DNA of 64,000 nt from Chrysomallon squamiferum (Eukaryota; Animalia; Mollusca), in assembly GCA_012295275.1 (NCBI GenBank), contig CM022665.1, forward strand, positions 3,348,001-3,412,000, written 5' to 3'. Within the stretch, counting starts at the first letter, position 1, and every line of letters begins with the position of its first letter. Shown here one piece after another: positions 1 to 11,800 of the stretch. The notes under the pieces are model-generated. The model searched no databases and was not told where the DNA came from. It worked only from the letters and a program-made list of their open reading frames with translations. Position numbers and translations under genes: made by a program.

Positions 1-3000
1 CTACTGTTTCGTTGTGAACAATGTTGGCTTCTTTCTCCACGTTCAGCCAGTCACTCAGATTACTTACTTGTGTTTGAAGATTTTCAATTTCATTTAAGTG
101 AAGGCTCAGCTTTTCTCTGTGCACTTTGATCTCGTCTGTCAAATTTTCATTTTCATGAAAGAGATCCTTCTTACTTTCATTCAAATTTGCTATTTCCTGT
201 TGCTTCTCCTCTACTGTCTTTTCTAAAGACCTTTGCTCTGACAGAAGATGTTCTATTTTTCCTGTCAGCTCTGCAATCCTGTTTTCATATGAATTTGAAA
301 GTTCAGAAATCTGTCTATTCAGATCAGAATTCTTTTCCTCTAATATTTTTACATCAGATTCTAACTGGGAACAACTTTCACTTAATTTATCTTTCAGCGT
401 CTCAATGTGCTCAAGTTTAGCTTCCAGTTCACAACACTGGCTAGAAATTTGTTCTTTTTCTTCTGTCAAATTTTCCAATTTATGTTTAATACTTACACAG
501 ATTTCCCTTTCGACTGTCAAGTCATTTTGCCAGAAGAGAGCACTGGTCTTCAAGATGTGCACATTTCAAAGTTAGTTTTGTTTTTCTTCATTCAGCTTCT
601 GAATGTGTGTTTCAAGACCAGAACACTTTTGATTCTGATCAAAGAGCTCAGCTGTGATCATTTCAATCTGGCCATTTTTATCAGTGCACAGATCTTTATA
701 CTCTGTTAATTCAGAGTTAATTTTCTCCATTTTCAGTTCTAGCGACTGAATCATTTCTTCAGAGATTTCTGTTTTTAGATTTCAATTGATCCAAATTATC
801 TTTCAAAGATTTTATTTGTGCATCTTTTTCCTCTAAAACAATCTGCATCTTTTTGAGCATCAGAAAGTTCAGCTTGTAGTAATTCAAGCTGGTCAGAAAA
901 TCTCTGAGTCTCTGACTTTGATTCCTGTACCAACTTTTCTAATTTTGCTGTTTCCTCTTTCATTGAAACATTCTGGTTTTCAATGTTGTGGCATTTCTCT
1001 GACAACCTGGCCAACTCTTCTATTTTCTGGTTCAATTCATCTTGAAACATCTGCTTTTCTGAAGTTAACTCAGTTAATTTAGAATTCAGCGTGTCTGAAT
1101 TTGTTTTCATTACACTAAGTTGACTTGTCAGATCTTCAGTCATCTTTTCCTGCTCTGCTAATTTGGTAGACAAATTTTCTACTTGACTTTCAAATAAACT
1201 GACCTTTTCGTCTTTATCACTGATCTCCTTTTTGAGATATTCCGCATCACCAAGCAACTGTTCGTACTGCCCTTTAGTTTTGTTATGGTCTTCCTTTTCT
1301 TTATTCAGATCAGCTTCTAAACATTTTTGCTTATCACACAGTGATTTTATTTCTGTCTGGGCTGCATTATTTTGAGTATTTGCCATTTCTAGTTCATGCT
1401 CAACATCTCGTAATGACTTAGAAATATTTTCAATCAGTTTCTTCAAATTATTTTCACTTTCTGACAGATCTTTGTTTTTATTAGAGAGCTGATTGATTTC
1501 ATCGGACATGTCATCTTTGGTTCTAGATAGTGTTTCTCTCGACTGTGATAGTTCATATTCCACAGTTTGTTTTTCTGTCAGAGCTTCGGCCAGCAAAGAT
1601 TCCTTACACGCTACTAATTCATTCAGTCTGTTGACCTCAACTTGCAAGCTTGCATTACAAGATTCACTTTTATTCAAACGTGTTAAAAGATCCTGCTTTT
1701 CTGATGTTAACTCTGTGACAGTATCCTTCTCTTTGTTTAGAATCTGGACAGTTTCATCCAATTTACAAATTAGTTCTTTGTTTTCTGATGTCAGACTGGC
1801 TACTGTTTCGTGTGAACAATGTTGGCTTCTTTCTCCACGTTCAGCCAGTCACTCAGATTACTTACTTGTGTTTGAAGATTTTCAATTTCATTTAAGTGAA
1901 GGCTCAGCTTTTCTCTGTGCACTTTGATCTCGTCTGTCAAATTTTCATTTTCATGAAAGAGATCCTTCTTACTTTCATTCAGATTTGCTATTTCCTGTTG
2001 CTTCTCCTCTACTGTCTTTTTCTAAAGACCTTTGCTCTGACAGAAGATGTTCTATTTTTCCTGTCAGCTCTGCAATCCTGTTTTCATATGAATTTGAAAG
2101 TTCAGAAATCTGTCTATTCAGATCAGAATTCTTTTCCTCTAATATTTTTACATCAGATTCTAACTGGGAACAACTTTCACTTAATTTATCTTTCAGCGTC
2201 TCAATGTGCTCAAGTTTAGCTTCCAGTTCACAACACTGGCTAGAAATTTGTTCTTTTTCTTCTGTCAAATTTTCCAATTTATGTTTAATACTTACACAGA
2301 TTTCCCTTTCGACTGTCAAGTCATTTGCCAGAGAAGAGCACTGGTCTTCAAGATGTGCACATTTCGTTGTTAGTTTTTGTTTTTCTTCATTCAGCTTCTG
2401 AATGTGTGTTTCAAGACCAGAACACTTTTGATTCTGATCAAAGAGCTCAGCTGTGATCATTTCAATCTGGCCATTTTTATCAGTGCACAGATCTTTATAC
2501 TCTGTTAATTCAGAGTTAATTTTCTCCATTTTCAGTTCTAGCGACTGAATCATTTCTTCAGAGATTTCTGTTTTGGATTTCAATTGATCCAAATTATCTT
2601 TCAAAGATTTTATTTGTGCATCTTTTTCCTCTAAAACAATCTGCATCTTTGAAGCATCAGAAAGTTCAGCTTGTAGTAATTCAAGCTGGTCAGAAAATCT
2701 CTGAGTCTCTGACTTTGATTCCTGTACCAACTTTTCTAATTTTGCTGTTTCCTCTTTCAGTGAAACATTCTGGTTTTCAATGTCGTGGCATTTCTCTGAC
2801 AACGTGGCCAACTCTTCTATTTTCTGGTTCAATTCATCTTGAAACATCTGCTTTTCTGAAGTTAACTCAGTTAATTTAGAATTCAGCGTGTCTGAATTTG
2901 TTTTCATTACACTAAGTTGACTTGTCAGATCTTCAGTCATCTTTTCCTGCTCTGCTAATTTGGTAGACAAATTTTCTACTTGACTTTCAAATAAACTGAC

Positions 3001-6000
3001 CTTTTCGTCTTTTTCACTGATCTCCTTTTTGAGATATTCTGCATCACCAAGCAACTGTTCATACTGCCCTTTAGTTTTGTTATGGTCTTCCTTTTCTTTA
3101 TTCAGATCAGCTTCTAAACATTTTTGCTTATCACACAGTGATTTTATTTCTGTCTGGGCTGCATTATTTTGAGTATTTGCCATTTCTAGTTCATGCTCAA
3201 CATCTCGTAATGACTTTGAAATATTTTCAATTTCTTTCTTCAAATTATTTTCACTTTCTGACAGATCTTTGTTTTTATTAGAGAGCTGATTGATTTCATC
3301 GGACATGTCATCTTTGGTTCTAGATAGTGTTTCTCTCAACTGTGATAGTTCATATTCCACAGTTTGTTTTTCTGTCAGAGCTTCGGCCAGCAAAGATTCC
3401 TTACACGCTACTAATTCATTCAGTCTGTTGACCTCAACTTGCAAGCTTGCATTACAAGATTCACTTTTATTCAAACGTGTTAAAAGATCCTGCTTTTCTG
3501 ATGTTAACTCTGTGACAGTATCCTTCTCTTTGTTTAGAATCTGGACAGTTTCATCCAATTTACAAATTAGTTCTTTGTTTTCTGATGTCAGACTGGCTAC
3601 TGTTTCGTTGTGAACAATGTTGGCTTCTTTCTCCACGTTCAGCCAGTCACTCAGATTACTTACTTGTGTTTGAAGATTTTCAATTTCATTTAAGTGAAGG
3701 CTCAGCTTTTCTCTGTGCACTTTGATCTCGTCTGTCAAATTTTCATTTTCATGAAAGAGATCCTTCTTACTTTCATTCAAATTTGCTATTTCCTGTTGCT
3801 TCTCCTCTACTGTCTTTTTCTAAAGACCTTTGCTCTGACAGAAGATGTTCTATTTTTCCTGTCAGCTCTGCAATCCTGTTTTCATATGAATTTGAAAGTT
3901 CAGAAATCTGTCTATTCAGATCAGAATTCTTTTCCTCTAATATTTTTACATCAGATTCTAACTGGGAACAACTTTCACTTAATTTATCTTTCAGCGTCTC
4001 AATGTGCTCAAGTTTAGCTTCCAGTTCACAACACTGGCTAGAAATTTGTTCTTTTTCTTCTGTCAAATTTTCCAATTTATGTTTAATACTTACACAGATT
4101 TCCCTTTCGACTGTCAAGTCATTTGCCAGAGAACAGCACTGGTCTTCAAGATGTGCACATTTCGTTGTTAGTTTTTGTTTTTCTTCATTCAGCTTCTGAA
4201 TGTGTGTTTCAAGACCAGAACACTTTTGATTCTGATCAAAGAGCTCAGCTGTGATCATTTCAATTTGACCATTTTTATCAGTGCACTGATCTTTATACTC
4301 TGTTAATTCAGAGTTAATTTTAACCATTTTCAGTTCTAGCGACTGAATCATTTCTTCAGAGATTTCTGTTTTGGATTTCAATTGATCCAAATTATCTTTC
4401 AAAGATTTTATTTGTGCATCTTTTTCCTCTAAAACAATCTGCATCTTTGAAGCATCAGAAAGTTCAGCTTGTAGTAATTCAAGCTGGTCAGAAAATCTCT
4501 GAGTCTCTGACTTTGATTCCTGTACCAACTTTTCTAATTTTGCTGTTTCCTCTTTCAGTGAAACATTCTGGTTTTCAATGTCGTGGCATTTCTCTGACAA
4601 CGTGGCCAACTCTTCTATTTTCTGGTTCAATTCATCTTGAAACATCTGCTTTTCTGAAGTTAACTCAGTTAATTTAGAATTCAGCGTGTCTGAATTTGTT
4701 TTCATTACACTAAGTTGACTTGTCAGATCTTCAGTCATCTTTTCCTGCTCTGCTAATTTTGTAGACAAATTTTCGACCTGACTTTCAAATAAACTAACCT
4801 TTTCATCTTTTTCACTGATCTGCTTTTTGAGATATTCTGCATCACCAAGCAACTGTTCGTACTGCCCTTTGGTTTTGTTATGGTCTTCCTTTTCTTTATT
4901 CAGATCAGCTTCTAAACATTTTTGCTTATCACACAGTGATTTTATTTCTGTCTGGGCTGCATTATTTTGAGTATTTGCCATTTCTAGATCATGCTCAACA
5001 TCTCGTAATGACTTTGAAATATTTTCAATCTCTTTCTTCAAATTATTTTCACTTTCTGACAGATCTTTGTTTTTATTAGAGAGCTGATTGATTTCATCAG
5101 ACATGTTATCTTTGGTTCTAGATAGTGTTTCTCTCAACTGTGATAGTTCATATTCCACAGTTTGTTTTTCTGTCAGAGCTTCGGCCAGCAAAGATTCCTT
5201 ACACGCTACTAATTCATTCAGTCTGTTGACCTCAACTTGCAAGCTTGCATTACAAGATTCACTTTTATTCAAACATGTTAAAAGATCCTGCTTTTCTGAT
5301 GTTAACTCTGACAGTATCCTTCTCTTTGTTTAGAAACTGGACTGTTTCATCCAATTTACAAATTAGTTCTTTGTTTTCTGATGTCAGACTAGCTAATCTT
5401 TCGTTGTGAACAATGTTGGCTTCTTTCTCCACATTCAGCCAGTCACTCAGATTATTTACTTGTGTTTGAAGATTTTCAATTTCATTTAAGTAAAGACTCA
5501 GCTTTTCTCCGTGCACTTTGACTTCATCTGTTAAATTTTCTTTTTCCTGCAACAAAATTTTATTATTTTCATGCAAACTTCCCACCTGTTTCTCTTTTTC
5601 TTCTGTGATCTTTTTCATGTCTTCTGCCAAAGAGGCCTTCTCCGAGTGTAGTTGTTCTATTAAACTGGACTGCTCTTCTTTGGTTTTTTTCAACAGCTCA
5701 AGTTGCAACATCATTTCTTCAAACTGTAATTCATGTTGTGTGGTAAGTTCAGAACCCTTTATTTCAAGCGCAGCATTGGCTTCTTCAAGATTCTTTATAG
5801 TGAGCTCTAACTGTGAACACTTTTCTGTTAAAGTGTTATTTTGTATTTGGACATCCTGAAGCTTAGTTTCCAGATTAGTACAATGATTCAAAATGTTCTG
5901 ATTTTTCTTTTGTTCCTCTTCAATATTATTCTGTGTTGTAGTACATTTTTCCTTTTCATCCAATAACATTTTCTCAAGATCATCATACTTCAAAGTCATT

Positions 6001-6782
6001 TCTTGTTTTTCTTCATTCAGCTTCTGAATGTGTGTTTCAAGACCAGAACACTTTTGATTCTGATCAAAAAGCTCAGCTGTGATCATTTCAATCTGGCCGT
6101 TTTTATCAGTACACAGATTTTTATACTCTGTTAATTCAGAGTTAATTTTCTCTATTTTCAGTTCTAGAGACTGAATCATTTCTTCAGAGATTTTAATTTT
6201 AGAGTTTGCTTCTTCTAAATTTTCTCTGAGTGATTTTATTTTATCATCCTTTTCTTCCAAAACCTTTTGCATTTTTGATGTGTCAGAATCCAGAGAATCA
6301 GACAATGAAGATATTCTTTCTTCTTTTTCACAAAGTTCTGCCTGTAAAATTTGAAGCTGGTCAGAAAATCTCTGAGTCTCTGACTTTGATTCCTGTACCA
6401 ACTTTTCTAATTTTGCTGTTTCCTCTTTCAGTGAAATATTCTGGTTTTCAATGTCGTGGCATTTCTCTGACAACGTGGCCAACTCTTCTATTTTCTGGTT
6501 CAGATCATCTTGAAACATCTGCTTTTCTGAAGTCAACTCAGTTAATTTAGAATTCAGCGTGTCTGAATTTGTTTTCATTACACTAAGTTGACTTGTCAGA
6601 TCTTCAGTCATCTTTTCCTGCTCTGCTAATTTGGTAGACAAATTTTCTACCTGACTTTCAAATAAACTGACCTTTTCGTCTTTTTCACTGAACTGCTTTT
6701 TGAGATATTCCGCATCACCAAGCAACTGTTCGTACTGCCCTTTGGTTTTGTTATGGTCTTCCTTTTCTTTATTCAGATCAGC
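1..6782. repeat. Coding tandem repeat, unit ~1797 bp (599 aa), ~3.8 copies visible
   Basis: ctactgtttcg(t)tgtgaacaatgttggc recurs at 1, 1800, 3597 and (diverged) 5393. The translated ORFs are near-identical between copies. The copy at 5393-6782 is mosaic and partly diverged. Confidence 0.97.
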
Positions 6783-7526
6783 TTGTAAACATTCTTGTAA
6801 CTGTGTCAAATGTTTATGCTGTTCACATAAAGATAAAACCTCAGTACTTTTTTCTTCTAATGTTTTTTTAAGACTATCATTAAACGAAACTTGCTCTTCA
6901 AGATTTTTGGTGAGATTTTGAACCTCTTCTTTATAAAGTGTTTCTGTTTTCTGCTTTTCTTCTAACTCTTGTTCCATCTCTGACAGCTGACTGAGGAGAG
7001 ACTCTGTTTTCTCACCAAATGTTTTTGCTTTCTCACTTTGCTTCTCTTGTAACAATTCAACTTGATGATTTAGTTTGTTTACCAGCACTTCCAGTTCTTT
7101 CGACTTTCTCTTCTGCTCTTCAAAGCTAGAATTTAATTCTTCAGTCTCACTGTTTTTTATTTCAAGGTTCTGGTTTAGTTCATGAACTCTGTCCTCCCAT
7201 TCTGAAATTTCGTGAGACATGTTTTTACATTTGGCCTCCAAATGCTTCACTTGTTCAGAAAGGTCAAGACACACTGCTGAGTTTGAAGACTGAAGAGAAT
7301 TTATTTCTTCTTTTGTCTCACTAATGTTCTGATTTAACTGAAGAATTCTATTTTCCCTTTCTGCTAATTCGCTGGACAGATTTTCACTTTTTTCTTTAAA
7401 CGATGATAACATATCATTAAGTTGTTTCAGCTCTGTTGAATGACTAGCCAGCATTTGATTTTTCTCCTCTTTTATTGCCTTTGTTATCTGTCTTTCTGAC
7501 TGAAGACTCTGCTGCACTTCTTCAAG
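1..7526 (-). CDS. GOLGB1: Golgin giant exon with internal tandem repeats (frameshifted in this assembly)
   Basis: Acceptor tttttacag|CTT GAA GAA at 7526. ORFs 5265-7538, 3773-5272, 1975-3780, 796-1761 and 572-754 are consecutive pieces of one coiled coil joined by 1-2 nt indels. Confidence 0.85.
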
Positions 7527-8853
7527 CTGTAAAAACATTTGGAAGAAACTTAAATGAAGTGAATAGCCTACAAATTAAACTACAGAAATGACGACCTGAT
7601 GTTATTTAGTAATACACAGACTAAAACTTTATTGCACTACATGAAACTGACAGATGCTGAATAATTTGAAAATTAAAAACAATCTGTTGCAAAACATAAT
7701 CCCACCAACTAACAAACATACAAAACAAATGAACTCAGATACCTTTATGACTATAGTACAGTGGTCTCCCCAGCATTTGTGAAAGGGATGGTGGGAATCG
7801 GTGTAACAGGTGCAATTTAAAGGAACGGATGGTACAGAAAACATTCAGGGTACAAGTACTTTGAACAATTTCAAATTACTTGTTTGTCACAAATACTCCT
7901 ATAAATAATTGCATCATATGCATTAACTATCTTACAGTATGTAGCGAGACCTCTGTATTAATATGCAACATGAAGATGATGCTCATTTTAATTTCATATT
8001 TCTACAAACCTTTATAAGAAGTTCATCTTTCTCTTTCTCGAAAGCAATGTTAGGTTGTTTCTCATATTCTATCTTTTCTTTGAGTGTCTTGATTTGTTCT
8101 AATAATTCTTCTTTTTCCTTCTCAACATCTAAAACAGAAAAATTATGAATAATAAGAAAATTGAATGTAAATTTCAAGGTTAGTCTCATTGATTAGCAAG
8201 AAGAAATAATTTTTATCTGAATATGTCTGTGTTTATTGTTTGCTCACATAACGAAAACAATAAAAAGTTTGATAATGATAATTTTGTATCTCAGTAGTAA
8301 TTATCAGATGCTAAAATGAATCAAAGGTCTGAAAATTTTACCATCTTTGGACTCCTCTATTTCAGCCATCTTCATTTCCAGTTCCACTTTCTCTCCTTTC
8401 AGTGCTGTGATAATCTCCTCTTTCTGTTTACATTCCTCTTCAAGTGATGTCACCACTGAGTTTAGCTGTGTAATTTGGTTTGTCATTTCAATCTGTTACA
8501 CAAATATAACATTTAGTAGTGAAAATACATCCACGTTAAAGAAGAGATTTGTTTATATTTCCACTTTACCAAACTGATCACAATCTTTTAATCTATAAAA
8601 ATATGTAATTATTATCATTACAATTATGTCTTAAAAGATATACAAATATGACAAGTATTAGCTAAATGTACATATACCAATGTTTACTAGTTTCCATTTT
8701 GGTATTTTATGGATTAGTTACAGAACAGGTAGCTAGTTCAAGACATCCTGAAAATATCCGGCTTTTAAAACCTAATACTAGTTTACTAAACAATAAAGAT
8801 AAGCACTACAGTCTTAGTTCCAAACTCTGTTCAAGCCAAAAAAATTCAGTAAC

Positions 8854-8887
<34 letters not shown>

Positions 8888-11800
8888 TGATAAATCTTTG
8901 TTTCTGGCAAAAAAGCCAAGATGTACAAACTCTTTGCACATAGTGATCTTCTGTAAGCTTTTTCATAAATAACATGCTGAGATTAAAATTATCTTTAAAA
9001 AAGAAAGAGATGAGCTCACTATGTCTGTTTCTGCATGTTTCTTGTATTCATGGAACTCTACGAGCTGAGATTCAAAGCTAATGCGACTTTTCTTCTCCTG
9101 GTCTCGTTCTTCCTGCACAGTTGCTGAGTGTGCTCGAGCATCTTCCAGTTCCTGTCTCAGACTTTCCACAGTCTGCTTCTGATTCTCATCAAATATTAAC
9201 TGATTCTGTCAAAACAAACATGCTGAATGCACCATCAGTGGGAAAAAGTAATAATTTGAGAAATGTTTGATAAAACAGTTCATTGCTCTTGCACAATTTA
9301 CATTTAAGTGATTTATACTACACTACAGAATGCTTTGTTTTATTTTTGCTTGATATCTGCACATCAAATGAAATGGTTAATCCTGAATATGAATTATTAA
9401 AATAATATATCTCTTTCACTACCGTTTTTAACCTATTAATTTTTTTTTTTTTTTTTTTTTTACAAATAATTAGCAGTCTGCTATTATTTGTCATTTTAGG
9501 TATTAGTTATTTCAAACAAACTGTGTGAAGATTTTTCACATCTGTATATTTAACACCTATTACATTAATAATCTAAGATAGAATTTTTTTTTTGGTAAAA
9601 TGTATTTCTGTATCTATCAACAGACTATTTTTTAGAATATTTAGAATCAGGTATCTGCACATTTTATTAAGTGTAGTATTTCCATACAAAGTGAATATAC
9701 CAAAACGTTATTTTCCATGGAACAAACAAGAATAAAACATCCTACATGTAAGACAAACAAAGATTATATTATTCACAGATACACAATGAACTGTACCTGA
9801 TCAATGGAGGCTTGAAGATCTGTTACTTTCTGAGTGAGGGTTTCAATTTCCCTTTTAGCCAATTCATATTTGCTGTGGATATCCATTTTTTCTTGAATTA
9901 AAATTTCTTTCTCCTGTTCTAATTCTTTTATTTTCTCTTCCAACTGACCTGCAAGTTTAAAAACAGTTCACAAGTCTTAGATACACACTGAATGCATCTC
10001 AATAATTATCTCAATCAAAGAGGAAAATTTAATAAATGTAATTATCTCATTCAAATCAAATGTTATTTTCAGCACTTTGAATTACTGATTTTGTTATTAC
10101 AGAAGAACATCAACAGAGTGCAACAAACAGTAAAATTGTCCTCACATTAACAAAGCTAAATTAGAAATCTACCTTGCAATACTTTAGTTTCATCATAATC
10201 CACAAGTTTTAATTGCAAATTTCCTTTCTCATCCTCCAATTCTGCCAGACAGTTCTTTAGAGAAACAACTTCTTCCTCCACAGAGCTTCCCTGTTTAATA
10301 ATAAGAAAAAGATAACATTAACAATAATAGCATAAAATATACTGTATGAAGTTGATGCCTTTAGAAGAAACCATACCTGACACCAGGTGGTTATTTCTCA
10401 TTTCAGATTAATTACAGAAAAGTTGACAGCATTATAGAGACAGTGGGACCCCCCCCCCCAAAAAAAACCCACCAAATAAATGTTTCACTTTTTCAAGATA
10501 AGAATGTTTACAATTATTTAAGGAATATTTACATATATTGTGTCTTAAAGTTTTAAATCTGAGTTGCTTTACTTACAAGTTATTAGTCTGTTCTAAACTA
10601 CGTCGGACAATACGTTTAAAGTACATGCTCAAGAAAGTTAGTGTAGCATACAATTATCTAAATCTCATAATTTAACATTCTTTAATACTGAAGCTAGTAA
10701 AATTCATTCAAAATAAAACATTCCAATTTTATCTAATAAAGGACATTTCTTTTTTACTTTGTCTTAAATAAATAATTTTATTAATAAAATATACTTTTTC
10801 GATATTTACGTGGTATAATTTATCATTTAAGACATGTACAACTTACTCATTCAGAGCCCAGATCTACAGTCAACAGAAAACATGCAGTAATGCTTTAGAA
10901 CTATGTTTTAGTTAAAACTAAAGAATTTTTATTTTTATTTTTTTGACAAGATGCTTTACTTATCCATGCAATTTTAGCATTAAATAATAACTGTTTTAAT
11001 GAAAGGGCTATCTAAAACAAAAATAAAATTACTACCTGAAAACAAGATCTGAAAAAAACAAAACTATCTTTACTAACTTAAAATACTATTGCTAAACTCA
11101 ACTGCATTTCAACATCTCAAACTTCCATGTAGTAATATACTGCAAGTGAATATTAGCAAATAAGTTTCAAAATCTGTGTAAGCATAATTAATATAGAAAT
11201 ATTAGCTAATATTCAAATGAGTTTTTGTAAAACGTGAGTGAATTTGTTCTGCACCTGTTCATGATTAAAATTCAAAACTGCAACTGATTCATGTAACAGG
11301 CACACTTACTAATGATTCCAGTTTCAAAATTTCTAATGTGTGCAACTTACATTTTGTTATCTTTATGTAAAATTCACAAACAACTGTATCACTCAAAAAA
11401 CTGTAAAATGTCTACAAATAAATCATTACAACCAAGTACTTACCTTTTTAAACTTTTCCAATTCTTTCTCCAAAGATTTGATTTTGGATGTCATTTGTGC
11501 TTTCACCTTAAGAAACTTTGTTTCCACTTTGCCTCCATCATCATCAGCAGCAGTCTTTAGAGCTTCTATTTCATGACACCTTTCTGACAACTCTGATTTA
11601 AGCTGAGTTACCAGTGATTTCAACTCTTCTACTTCACCAGGTTGTGTTTGCAATTTTTGTTGGGAATTGGCAAGTTCATCTTTAAGTTGTGTTACAAGTG
11701 TTCGAAGTGCCTGAAGTTCTTCCTGGTCATCTGTTTGTTCTTTAGACTGAGAACCTTCTTGTGAACCAGCAGTGGTTATACTGCCCATTTTCTGCAGCTG

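Noticed and set aside
187-6921. Many plus-strand ORFs repeated every ~1.8 kb
   Set aside because: They are antisense shadows of the golgin coiled-coil repeat.
1-7538. Separate genes, or a pseudogene, suggested by the broken minus-strand ORFs
   Set aside because: The breaks are 1-2 nt indels, mostly in homopolymers within near-identical repeats, and the upstream exons are intact. One gene with assembly errors is more parsimonious.
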